NCBI RefSeq assembly: GCF_006345805.1
Contig: NC_043001.1
Span: forward strand, 2,790,001-2,854,000
Direction of reading: 5' to 3'
From: Octopus sinensis
Taxonomy: Eukaryota
DNA: 64,000 nucleotides
Part shown: piece by piece, positions 40,652 to 54,032 of the stretch
Position numbering within the stretch: the stretch's first letter is position 1
How the letters are laid out: every line of letters begins with the position of its first letter
Position numbers and translations under genes: made by a program
Notes under the pieces: model-generated
Database searches by the model: none
Told to the model about the DNA's origin: nothing
Seen by the model: the letters and a program-made list of their open reading frames with translations, nothing else

Positions 40652-42639
40652 CCTATAATATACATATATATATATATATATACTTATATGCCTATATATA
40701 CCTATATATATATACATATATATATGAATGATTTAAATGATTTTTCTATGGATAAAAATGTCGATATCTTCACTGCATGCTACTCCTGATAGATATTTTT
40801 CATTATTTCTTTTTTGTCATTAAGTAGTTGTACTTCTTTTTGTTTTGTTTTCTTTTGTTTGTATATTTGTTATTTGGGTTTTTGTTTTCTTCTTTGCGTG
40901 CGTTAGTTCCTGTTTTGTTGTCATTATTGATTTACCTTGTTAGGCACCAGCCTAGTTTACATATATTAGGTACACGCGCATATACATGCATATATATATA
41001 TATATATATATGCATATGTATGTATATATATATATAGATAGAATATATGTATATATATTTATACATATATACCCATACATGCATACCTTCTGACAAACAC
41101 ACAAACACTTACATGCATACACATCTATATATACATACATAAATTAATAACTGTCCAACCCATGCCAGGATGGAAAACAGGTATTAAATGACGATATATA
41201 GGTATGAATATATACATTTGTATATATGAATCCATATGTGTGTCTGTGTATAAGTATGTGAGTTTGTCTATGTCTATATGTATGTACGTGTGTATGTAAG
41301 TACATATGTGTGTATGTATGTATGTACATATATATGTAAGTACGTATGTGTGTGTATGTATTTATGTATTCATGTTATAGTTCTATGAGATTTTTATTCT
41401 ATAATGTGTCTCACTGTGTCTAGACACACACAGAATTTCTTGTTTCTCTGGTTCCTGTTGCAACCAATATAACTTAACGTTTTCGTTTTATATTTAATTT
41501 CGTTTTGTTATGCTTCATTTTTTTGTTCATGAATGTCCTATTACCAGCCACTTTACAGCAGACTCAGGGTGCCTTTTTGTGGCACAAAAGTACATAAGGA
41601 CGGATTAGCGTAACCTCTTGCTTCTCTCTCACTCTTCCTCACTGGAATTACTCTTCTCTCAGATCTGCAATGAGATAGAAATACACAGCTAACGTTATAT
41701 TGTTTTCTATTCAGGGATTCACTCATCACTACTTTGTACAATAAACTTTGTGTTTCTATTATTTTACTCAGGAGATATCAAAATACATGCTCAGCCCTGA
41801 CTTCTGTTCTTGCCAACATAATTTTCTACAGTCATTGTGCATTATTTTTCACTGTGGGTAGAGAAGGAAGTGTTACCGTCCAGCAAATTGTTGAAAGGTC
41901 TATGAGAATGGTGAGATGGTCCAATTGAATGGGTCTGCTTTGAAGACTGGAGGAAGATAGGTGGGAAGAGGGAAGCTGTTTCATTACTCAGAGCAAATAT
42001 GGTTTTGGTGAGGGTTCTAAATCGAATCTTCAGATGTCTGCCCCTTGTGCTGAAAGTTTCTAATTTTTTTTCTCTCCTATTTTCATGTTTATTCTTGAAA
42101 CCCACATTGTATTGTTCTGTACTTTTATCAATCTTTTTGCCAACCATTGCAGTAAAGAAACAAAATGCTATTACCATTAAGTGAACTGGCAGAATTGCTA
42201 GCATACCACACAAAATGCCGCTAACCATTTTCCCCATCTTTAGGTTCTGACTTCTACAGTGGTCCCCTTTACCTTTCATTCTTTTGGGGATGATAAAAAT
42301 AAAGACCAGTTGAGTACATATAACTGACCCCCTACTCCCACCAAATCCCACACTTTGGACCTTAATACAGGGGATTATTACTATTGTTGTTTTTAATTTT
42401 TATTTTATCATTATCCCCCCCCCCTTAGCAAAGGCAGGGGTATTGTTTTCAGTCGTGTTTGTTTGTTTGTCTGTGGAGACAAGATATCTCAAGAACTGCT
42501 GGATGGATTCCATTGAAACTTTCAGAGATGTTTGGCCTCGTGACTGGCACAAACTGATTAGATTTTCGGATTATAGCAACCTTGTCATGTCTACAGTTCC
42601 TATAAATCCTCAAAGACTCGCAACCCTCCCCCCCCCCCC

Positions 42640-43560
42640 ATCTGCATTCTCTGTGCAGCCACATTGCCTTCTTTGTATTCTTATTGAAGCATCCTGTTCT
42701 GATTAATCGATCCTGCACAGCTCAGATCAAGTCATCTGTCTTTCTCTTCAAAACTTTCATTCTTTAACCAATGAAATCACATCATGTCTAGCAGAATCAT
42801 TAGCATGCTTGGTAAAATTCTTAGTGGCATTTTGTCCATCTTTACAGCATCAGTTCAAATTCTGCTGAGGTTGACTTTGCCCTTCATCCTCTCGAGATCG
42901 ATAAAATAAATACCAGTTGAATACTGGGGTTGATGTAATTGACATAACCCTTCCCCGAAATTGCTGGCCTTGTGTCAAAATTTGAAATCATTATTATTCA
43001 GTATCTTGAAAAAAACTTTCTCTGTAAACTGTTCATATTGTTGCTTTGTAGCTCTGGAAAATGTTCCTTTGTTCCTTCTATCTCACTGGCATCTCTTCTG
43101 CTGTCAAAAACACCTCCTTTTTGCCAGCAACATACTTCCTTAAACCCTCACCATCTACCCCTACCTTCCACAGTCTTCTACACTTATCAATCCGATTCCC
43201 CTATTTTCTCTTTTGCCATTATAATCTGTCAGCATCTGCTCATGGGTGTAAGGCTCAGTAGATTATCAATAATCTCGTTATTCTTCTATCGATTCCTCAG
43301 CATTTTTTTTTCCTCAGATTTCGAAAGAGTGGGAGAAGAGCAATGGAAATTAGGGGTCATGGGACATCAACTTAGGACTTGCTGTAATTTAGTTAAACCT
43401 CTCCTAAATGGGTGTCCCCCCCCCTGCTCTTAGTACACTTTCCTTGTTATCCATTCTTAATCTTGTATTTCCAGCTGTTTAATTGTGAAGATCGTGAGTT
43501 TCTTCAAAAGAGTTTGGAACCATTCCGTCTATTTTAGAATCAATCCACTTCATCTTCTCT
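42640..43560 (-). mobile_element. R2/R4-group LINE relic interrupted by a SINE (42820-43000)
   Basis: Minus-strand GIGLISVEDC and LKRKTDDLI*AVQDRLIRT...CR, matching post-RT motifs of REL-type elements. Confidence 0.55.
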
Positions 43561-45273
43561 TGTAATTTCCTATCTTTTATTTTTTCTTTTATCTTTTTGT
43601 TGTTTCAGTCATTGGAGTGCAGCCCATGCTGGAGCACCACTTCGAGGAATTTTCAGTCAAATGAATCAACCAATTTTAAGCCTGGTACTCATTCCATCAG
43701 TCTCTTTTGCTGAACCACCGAGTTACGGGGACATAAACATGCCATCACCAGTTGCCAAGTGGTGGTGGGTGACAAACACAGACACAAGGACACACACACA
43801 CAGAGGCATATACCATCACCACCATCACCACCACCACTACCACCACCATCATCGTTGAACGTGAACTTCCCTTACTGGCATGGGGTAGATGGTTTGACTA
43901 GAACTAGTAGGCTGGGGAGCTGCAATAGGTTCCAGTCTGATGGCAAGCTTCGTTCAGTTTCCGTCTCCCAAATCCACTCCCAAGGCATTGGTCAGTCTGA
44001 GGTTATAGCAGAAGACACTTGCCCAAGGTGCCACACAGTGGGACTGAACCAGGAACCATGTGGTTGAGAAGTAAGCTTCTTACCACACAGCCATGCTTTG
44101 GGTAAAGTTGATCAAATTCCATTTCATCCTCAGCAGAATATTCCAATTCTTGTGGTACTTCTGTGGCTGGGAACTTCCTCTGCATTTCTCATTACTGTCC
44201 AGCCATTCCTGATTAGGATAAACTTTGCTTCCTGACCAAAATAAATCATAAAAATAATTCCAAAGGACCATTTGCTGCAGATCAGACATTTGTGAAGAAA
44301 CTAATACAACAGTGAAGAGAAAGCTTTATTTTGATTGGTTGAATTATTTTAAGTTTGACCTGGTTTTAACACACAATTTATTCCTTTTTGCCATTTCACA
44401 AACTCAGCAGAGCATCGTGTTTGAAATTCCCAATATACTAAGAATATGGCCTGACAGGGTTAAGTCGTAGCTGAATTCATGGAGAATTTTTTCTAATTCG
44501 TTTTTCCAGTTGGGTATTCATCATTATCACCATCATCATTGTCGTCATCATCATCATCATTGCCATCATCGTCGTCGTCGTCATCATCGTCATTGTCATC
44601 ATCACCATGACCATGACCATCACCTTGACCCCTACCACTACCACAACCACCACCACCACCATCCTCCTCCTCCTCATCATCATCTTCATCATCCCCATCA
44701 TTTAACATCTGTGTCCTATGCTGGCATGGGTTGGATGGCTTGACAGGATCTACCATCTTCCAAGACTGCATAATGCTTCACTGTCTCCTCCAAAACAGTT
44801 TCTATGGCTGGGTGCCCTTCTTTACACCAACCACTTGACATCAGGTTATCAAATAAAATCTATGTACAGGTGCAGGCATGGCTTGGTTGCATGGTAAGAA
44901 GCTTGCTTCTCAACCACATGGTTCCGGGTTCAGTTCCACTGCTTGGCACCTTGGGCTAGTATCTTCTGCTACAGCTTTATGCCAACCAAAGCCTTGTGAG
45001 TGGATTTGGTAAATGGAAACTGAAAGAAACATGGTCATATGTGTATATGTGTGTGTATGTCCCCATAACTTTGTAGTTCAGCAAAGGAGTCAGATAGAAT
45101 AGGCATAGGCTTAAGAAATAAGTCCAAGGGTTGATTCATTCAACTAAGAAACCTCTCAAGGCAGTGCTCCATTATGGCCGCAGTCAGATGACTGAAACAA
45201 GTGCAAGAATGAAAGAGAAGAATACAAATATATTATTTCCATGGATCGTAATTGTTCTCACAATAACAATGTT

Positions 45274-45345
45274 CATATGGCATAGTGGTTAAGAGTGCAG
45301 GCTACTAACCCCAAGATTTCGACTTCCATTCCAGGCATTGACCTG

Positions 45346-45405
<60 letters not shown>

Positions 45406-45761
45406 TAATAATAATAATAATAATCCATCCATAAATTTATTTATTTATTAATTTTTAAATACATATTTCATCTGTGAATTTGCGCGTGTAATCTGGGAAT
45501 GCATACAATGCCCTTCTCTGCCCTAGGTGTATGGAAAACACTTGGCGAGAAACGGAAGAAAATTTGAAGAAAGAAGGAAAAAACATAATAATAATAATAA
45601 TAATAATAACAACAACATGGAAAAATACCTTAGGAATGAGAAGCCAGGTTCAAAATTTTCCCAAGACACCTGAAGAAGCCTGGAGAGTATATCAGCCGAA
45701 ACGTGTTAACAACAAACAAGATGAGAACAAATATCAGTCAAATGTAAACAATGTAAATAAT
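45274..45761 (+). mobile_element. tRNA-headed hammerhead-bearing element, intermediate length
   Basis: Same head, body and tail as 1552-1814 plus an internal block shared with 50050-51553; CTGAAGA...CAGCC-GAAAC at 45670-45702. Confidence 0.8.
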
Positions 45762-45764
45762 GGA

Positions 45765-46740
45765 CACTGTTCTTCTCATTACTTGTGATGAACTAATCAA
45801 AACAATCTTCTGCACTTCTCTCATGAATGGTAAACCAAAGATCATTCTCAAATAATTTTCAGTTCCTTTTCTGATCATTCCAAGTGATCCTGCAATCACT
45901 GGTATTGTAACCGCCTTGAGATGCCATATTTCTTTCAGATTCAATGAGTAAATCTTTATATTTTCTGAGTTTACCAAATCCTTTTGCTGAGATATTATGG
46001 TTACAAGGAAGACTCATATCAATCGATAAACAGACTTTATTGTTTTGGTATTTTACCACAATTTCTGGTTTATTTGCTTTTATGTTTCTGTCTGTGTGTA
46101 CTGGAAAGTCCCAATGAATTTAAATCCAGCCTCAGAGTGGTGCTTATCTCACCTATCAGCAGTTTTGATTTTATAGTGACCACATATTAATCAGTGTGTA
46201 TGTTGGCCAACTCTGTCATGTTTTGAATTAGACTCGACTGGTGCAAAGGTTTTACATCCAACGATTTGGTGGTCCATTGTTTCAATCACATCATTGCAGA
46301 ATTGGCATTTAGGATCTATTCTATTTTTTAGCACATTGGCTCGGTAGTTCCGGGTCAATAAACTTTGATCTTGAACAGCTAGGACGAAGCCATGAGCTCT
46401 GTAGCCACTGACAGGTGAGCTTCTGGTCAATATCAGGTGGTTTGCTACAGGCCACGTATTTGCCATGCGGAGGGTTAGGGTTAGGCCACGTATTGGCCAA
46501 TTGTTCATGTATTTTTTTCCTTTCACTTTGATTTTTAACTTTCTCTACAACAACTCTCGGCACCCTTCCCCTAGGCTGTTCAACTTGGGTATCATTCCTG
46601 AAATTAATAGCGAAGTTTTTACTGTCCTTCAAGACAGAATGAAGTTTGTTATATCTCTTGAAATTTTTAATGAGCCTTAACATCCAGTTATTAGCTGCTT
46701 CAAGACATTAGGCCAGTCCAATTGTAATGGTTTTGTAAGA
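45765..46740 (-). mobile_element. R2/R4-group non-LTR retrotransposon 3' relic (CCHC plus restriction-like endonuclease)
   Basis: KCQFCNDVIETMDHQIVGC; KVCLSIDMSLPCNHNISAK...KLRKYKDL; IPVIAGSLGMI...EVQKIVL, in broken frames. Confidence 0.9.
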
Positions 46741-47538
46741 AGTCTGGCCTTGACCTCCCTGGACTCTGGGAAGATAAAAACGATCCATATCTGCCTTTAG
46801 GTGGTGCATCTTATAACATTTCAGTGGCTTATCAATTTTTCTATTAGTTTTCTTTATTTCGCTTTATTATCATCATCATCATCATCATCATTATTGTTAT
46901 AATTATTGTTATTATAATAATAATTGTTGTTGTTGTTATTATTACCGTTTGTCTCCGCCATCATTATCATTTTCATTGTCATCACCATTTATTCAATTAT
47001 ATGTTTTTCTGCCTCTACTCAGATAATATAATGAATATCCAATATCTGTAAAATTTCTTTCTTTATGCATTTTTGAAGAACTTTTTTTTCCATTATGAAA
47101 ATATGTCTTGTGATAAGTAGAAAGCTAATTCCAGAAACACTTGTTCTCTAGATTTGCTGTTGCCATATAATCTCCTTCCCTTTCCTACCCACCCCTCCAT
47201 CTCTGTCTCTCTCTCTCTCTGTCTCTCTCTCTCTTTTTCCCCTTTCCCAATCATGCACTCGAATAAAATATTCTTTCAGTGTTTTAACATTTCTCTTCCC
47301 ATTTACAGAAGTGTCTTGTCTCATCATTAGTCTCTTTCCTACTTTAATATCTCGGTTCCATGTTACAGAATTCACAATAGATGGAGTTTCACTGTGACCT
47401 CCTTACAACACTATCATCATCATCATCATCATCACCATTACCACCACCACCATCACCAACACCATCATCATCATCATCACCTGATCATTTTTATGCCATA
47501 CTCCATGGTACATTTCATATCCACATCTTATGATGATG

Positions 47539-47590
<52 letters not shown>

Positions 47591-47606
47591 TAGTAATAGT
47601 AGGTAA

Positions 47607-47641
<35 letters not shown>

Positions 47642-48437
47642 ATAATTTCATTGTCGTCCAGCATCATCAGATATCAGCGTCTTTGTCGCTGCACTGCTAC
47701 ATCACACACTTCAAACACATCGATCATAAAATATTTTCACTGCTCTGCTACATCACACTTATGATAGCCAACACCATGCCATCTACCATTCATACCATTT
47801 TATTATGATGTTCAACAGCAAACGAATAAAACTTCTATTATGTATTTACAGAAATCTTCGTTTTGTCATCGAAATTCTTCTCAGCATTCACATCTTTGAC
47901 TTGCTTCGGTTTTTTTTTTTTTTTTCCTTTTCTGAAACTAAAATAAATGTGAAGAACCTGTAAATGTTAACAGTTCTGGAGATTGTTAATTTTAGCAATT
48001 ATGGTTGGATGGTTAGTTGAAGTTTCATTCTTACATAGTGGTTACAGTGCTAAGCTCTTGATTGTAAGGTAGAAGGTTCAATTCCTGGACTGGGTAACAC
48101 ATATATTTCCTTCAAGTGTTATTAATTCTTTAACTGAATCTAGCTATTATGGCCAGTTGAATGCTGTGTGCCCTAATTGTAACAGGGTAGAGCCCACGAT
48201 TGTAAGGTTGTGCTTTGGATTCCTGGATTAGGAAGCACATTGAGTCCTTGAACAAGTTACTTCATTCTATTTAGTCTATTAAGTCAAATATGAGTATTGG
48301 CTGGATACTGGTGTGGCCCTTTCTCTCACTAAGAGTCACATCCTTGAGGTTCCATGAAATCAAGGACCAAATGCATATCTGTATCTGCTTCTGACTACAC
48401 AGGCAACTAAAACAATTGTTAAAAACATGGTACATGT

Positions 48438-48861
48438 TACCAAACCACACTCACATATGAGTGCAGGCTATGAGGCTGTGGCTATGACCTTACCAAACTA
48501 CACTCACATATGAGTGCAGGTTATGAGGTTGTGGCTACGACCATACCAAACCATACTCACATATGAGTGCAGGTTATGAGGCTGTGGCTATGACCATACC
48601 AAACCACACTCACATATGAGTGCAGGCTATGAGGCTGTGGCTATGACCTTACCAAACTACACTCACATATGAGTGCAGGTTATGAGGTTGTGGCTACGAC
48701 CATACCAAACCATACTCACATATGAGTGCAGGTTATGAGGCTGTGGCTACGACCATACCAAACCATACTCACATATGAGTGCAGGTTATGAGGCTGTGGC
48801 TATGACCATACCAAACCACACTCACATATGAGTGCAGGCTATGAGGCTGTGGCTATGACCA
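48438..48861. repeat. Minisatellite, 8 x 53 bp
   Basis: Unit TACCAAACCACACTCACATATGAGTGCAGGCTATGAGGCTGTGGCTATGACCT; head-to-tail with no spacers. Confidence 0.97.
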
Positions 48862-49179
48862 TACTAAAGCATCACTCTAAAGGGATAGAGTAAGTTTTTA
48901 TTTAAACTTCTATTTGTTATGCTAAAAGATGGGGACAGTTCTAAAAATATTTATTTTGGGGTTAAGGATCAAGCATAAATGGAACTCTGTGTGATCTCTC
49001 ATTGTCTGAGTTAGGGGATAAAGTTCCTGGTTTAGGCTTCATCACTGACTGGTCTTCTGAGGTTGGTGAGTGTGTGTGTGCGTGGAGGGGGGGGACTTGG
49101 AAGAAACTATGACATAAAGCTTACTATTGATGGAAGCAAAACACAGAAACATATTTCCGTAGAGTCAGAGTAATAAAAG

Positions 49180-49810
49180 GCGGCGAGATGGCAGAGATGT
49201 TAGCATATCAGACAAAATGCTTAGTGGTATTTCTAAGGCGGCGAGCTGGCAGAGTGGTTAGCACGCCGGGCGAAATGCTTAGCGGTATTTCGTCTGCATT
49301 ACGTTGTGAGTTCAAATTCCGCCGAGGTCGACTTTGCCTTTCATCCTTTGGGGTCGATAAATTAAGTACCAGTTATGCACTGGGGTCGATGTAATCGACT
49401 TAATACCTATGTCTGTCCTTGTTTGTCCCCTCTGTGTTTAGCCCCTTGTGGGTAATAAAGAAATAGGTATTTCATCTGTTGTTACGTTGTGAGTTCAAAT
49501 TCCACCGAGGTTGACTTTGCTTTCCATCCTTTCGGGGTCGATAAATTAATATCAGTCACACGCTGGGGTCGATGTAATTGACTTAATCCATTTGTCTGTC
49601 CTTGTTTGTCCCCTCTGTGTGTAGCCCCTTGTGGCCAGTAAAGAAATAGGTATTTCATCTGTCTTTTTGTTCTGAGTTCAAATTCTGTGTCGACTTTACC
49701 TTTCATCCTTTTGGGGTTGATAAAATAAGTACCAGTTGCATACTGGGGTCTATCTAATCAACTGTCCCTCTACTCCAAAAGTTTCAGGCCTTGTGCCTAG
49801 AGTAGAAAAG
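49180..49810 (+). mobile_element. Tandem cluster of tRNA-derived SINE copies
   Basis: Two heads GGCGGCGAG..., then three body copies GAGTTCAAATT...CCTTTCGGGGTCGATAAA... Confidence 0.9.
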
Positions 49811-50049
49811 AATATTTTCAATAAACAGAAATGAAGAGCATGACTTCAAAGAAGAAGCACCACTCGGCTAAGTATTTTGGCCCTAACTTCTTAAACTCTA
49901 AGGACCTCTTGTAATAGGAGGACTGCAGCAGAAGCAAGTATCAGGGATATTTAATCTTTTTTAGTTTTATTCTCCTTTGATAACGATCAGCTTCTTGAAT
50001 ACAGAGGTTAGCAGTAAATAATCTAGTTTGATGGTTAATAAGCAGTCAT

Positions 50050-50424
50050 GTGCATTATTTACATTTGATGGATTTTTTGTCCTCATCTTGTTTGTTGTCA
50101 ACATGTTTCGGCTGATATACCGTCCACCCTTCATCAGGTGTCTTGGAGAAATTTCAAACCTAGGGTCTCATTCTTAAGGTAGTTTTTGATGTTATTATCA
50201 TTATTATTATTATTATTATTACTTTTTTTTTCTTCTTTCAAATTTGCTTCCATTTCTTGCCGAGTGTCTTCCCGACTCCTAGGGCAAAGAAACTCATAGT
50301 ATACATTGGTAGGCCGTTAAACCAAACTCAATAGTTCGTTCTTTTTTTTTTTTTTTAAGTTAAATTAAAATACATGAGCAGCAACAGTTCTCACATCGAC
50401 AATGCTCTTCTCAATACGTGTGAT

Positions 50425-50468
<44 letters not shown>

Positions 50469-51397
50469 GTTGCTGTTGTTGTTGTTGTTGTATTTCGGAA
50501 TGGTCATTTTGCCAGTCTAGCCAATAAAAACACACGCACAATATATTTGGTGTTAATTTGCTTCAGTGTTATTTATTTTTTACATTAATCTTAATCTTAT
50601 TTCAGCCAGAGTTCTTTCGTCACACTCCTGTGACCGCATCAGTGGTCCTTTGTTTTCTTCTTTCTTATTTGTGTCTCTCTTTTCTAACCGTCAGCCATTT
50701 TGTATTTCTATTGTATTTCTTCATTTGCGCATGCTTATATCTCTATGTGCGTCTATGCTTATTTAGTGTGTGTGTGGGGGGGATGCCTGTAATATTTGTA
50801 TCTTCTGTTTATATACGTTCATGTAATTTGTTTTTGTTTTTGTTTATTCTTATTTTTTTATTTTGTTCATGTTTACATCCACTTATTATTACTATTATTA
50901 TCATTATCATTATTATTACGTATGCTTGTATGTATGTATGTATGTATGTATGTATAACAACAATACTAGTAATAACAATAATAATGATAATAATAAAACA
51001 TTTAAAAAATTTTTTTTTTAAATCTCTTAAATTAAAAAAAAAAATCTATATAGTTATTTATTTCTATTTGTTTATTTATCTGTGTATTTTATTTATTATG
51101 TTTTCGGTTTTGTTTATATTGTAACCAGTTTATGGGGATCCTCTACTGTCATATGTTGTGGTGTGTGCTAGTGTTCCATTCCAGATTCCTATTCAGGCTA
51201 GGTTTATCTTTTATTATGTGTGTAGCTTCTGTAATTTGTCTGATTGTTGCATCTGTTCTATGTGTGGACAAGATTTTAACCTCTATGTTGTTGATTGATC
51301 CCCTGTGTTCCTGCCCAGCGTGTTGGTACAGAATCGATGAGCTCTTTCCTTCCTTAAGTTCTTCTTCTTCTTCTTCTTCTTCTTCTTCCTCTTATTC

Positions 51398-51483
<86 letters not shown>

Positions 51484-51553
51484 GTTATTAATATTATTAT
51501 TATCATTGTTATTAATTATTCAGGTCACTGCCTGGAATCGAACTCGGAATCTT
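50050..51553 (-). mobile_element. Long tRNA-headed Penelope-derived element with GIY-YIG C-terminus and hammerhead-bearing 3' end
   Basis: Intact B box GAGTTCGATTCC (about 51533-51546), then SILYQHAGQEH...IRQITEATHIIKDKPSLN (51149-51349), then CTGATGA...CAGCC-GAAAC (50099-50142). Confidence 0.7.
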
Positions 51554-51816
51554 GCCCATGGGTATATGGTGTAGTGGTTTTAATGTTCAAGCCTTAAGTT
51601 TGTTTTATTCATCACAGTATGGCCATACTAGAGCACTGTTTACTGTATTTCACCAATGATTTTACAGGGAAAATGTATAATAAAACTGAGGTGAATTATT
51701 GCAATCACAGTCGAGTACCTTGCTCAAGACGGCATATATATATATATTGGCGGTGCCCCAGCATGGCCACAGCTTGTGAGCTGAAACTAAATAAATAAAA
51801 AAAAAAATATATTTAT

Positions 51817-51882
<66 letters not shown>

Positions 51883-52821
51883 GTATGTATGTATATGAAT
51901 AGTTGAGTCTACTAATGTTGAAATCATGTGATAGCTGTAAATGAGTGTCACTGTCATACAAGCAGTGTATATTCATTCCCAATATTCTGAGAAAAATTTC
52001 TGTAAGAAAATATTATCTTCTTTCGGAAACAGATGGCAGTAGGCAACAAATAGAGAATTTGGCCATAGAATTTTTACCTCTATTAGCTCAATCCAACCTG
52101 TGCAAGCTCAGAAAAATGGACTCTAAAACAATGCTACCGATTCCAGTTAAGACAGAGACAGAGTCTATTTTCCAATTACCTGTTTTAACTGCTTTACATT
52201 AGAATAAAGTATAGCAATAGATTATGTGCACTGCCTGAAGGATATAGGTCAAAACATACAAGAACACTTACATGTTATTCATACGACAATATAAATTAGA
52301 TGGCTGCTACAAAGAAATAGCATTTTCTATATAGAATCTTCAGGTCATTTCATTGGATCTTTGGAAACAGAAGAAAGCATTTTCTATTTAGTTGGGTTGT
52401 TATTCATTTGCCACAAAAACACCCATATTTTATACATTCTATATTACACCTACACATCCTCCTGAAGACGAATGTAGACATCAATATACATCTTTGTTGG
52501 TACCAATACATACTTACATATATATGTAAGTGAATGCATGCGTATATATGGATATGTGTATGGATATATGTGTTTGTACGTATATATATATGTGTGTGTG
52601 TGTGTGTTTGTATGTATATATATATATATGTACATTTATATGTATTTATATATACATATACATACATTTGTATATATATATATATATATATGTACATTTA
52701 TATGTATTTATATATACATATACATACATTTGTATATATATATATATATATATGTACATTTATATGTATTTATATATACATATACTACATTTGTATATAT
52801 ATATATATATATATTAAATTC

Positions 52822-53200
52822 GAGATTACCCACTATTAGGCAAATCAAACAGTGAAAAGCATAAGCCAATACATAAAATTAATTTTAAAATATAAAAGTT
52901 AAAAATTAAAAAATTATTTAAATAATTTAAACTTATAAATTTTAAATATATATATACAAATATATATATATATAATATATATGTATGTATATTTTTATAT
53001 TTATATATTATTTTTTATTATTATTATTATTAATTTATTTATTTTTTTATTTTTTTATTTTGTTATAAATATCAAAAGGTTTGATTTGCCTAATAGTGGT
53101 TTTATCTCTAATTTAATATAATATAATATATTTATACTATTAAATTGGATTTAATCCTAAATCTAATGTTTCCCTGTTAGTTTGGATTTATTCCCTAATA
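52822..53200. mobile_element. Degraded relative of the 24.6-25.0 kb palindromic element
   Basis: Inverted arms CCACTATTAGGCAAATCAAAC / GTTTGATTTGCCTAATAGTGG and the shared tail AAATTGGATTTAATCCTAAATCT...TTTGGATTTATTCCCTAATA; central hammerhead region absent. Confidence 0.75.
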
Positions 53201-53207
53201 TTATTAT

Positions 53208-53260
<53 letters not shown>

Positions 53261-53879
53261 AAGTATTTTTATATATATATATATACATGTGTATATACAA
53301 AATTCAATTTATGTCATCATTATCTTTAAAAAAATAATGATAAAGTTGCCTGCAAACAAAACCAAACTAGGCGAAATATGTAAAATATATATTACAAATT
53401 GTGTTACAATATGCACCTGTTTGCTAGAAAGAAGAGTTAAAACTCTCCAAAGCCACGAATCTCTCTCCATATGTACACATGCATGTAGAACGTAGCAAAT
53501 ATACTAAAAAAGATTAGTTGATACTGGGATATCTACCCTCCTCGTTGAAGTTTTACAAATAAGATGACTGTTTTTTTCAGTATATCTGTTATATTCTTCG
53601 TGTGTGTTTTACATATGGTGAGAGACGCATGATTTTGGAGAGTTGTAACTCTTCTTTCTAGCAAACAGCTATATATTGTAGCCTTATTTTTAACAATTTA
53701 ACATATATATATATATATATAATATGGATAGGTAGATAGATATAGATAGATAGATAGATAGGATGTTTCTTATTAGCCACACAGGGCTGCACACAGATAG
53801 AACAAATTACAAGGTAGAGCTTTCTTTTGAGGTTTAAAAAAAAAAAAAGGAAGGGGGAGTTTCGATCAAAAGGGATCGT

Positions 53880-53950
<71 letters not shown>

Positions 53951-53955
53951 GTAGG

Positions 53956-54032
<77 letters not shown>

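Noticed and set aside
41842-42351. 169-aa minus-strand ORF with an apparent transmembrane helix
   Set aside because: The N-terminal part, including much of the helix, is the antisense of a degenerate SINE (42186-42380); no acceptor or recognisable domain.
48438-48861. CRISPR-like array
   Set aside because: Units are contiguous with no unique spacers, no cas genes are present, and the context is eukaryotic.
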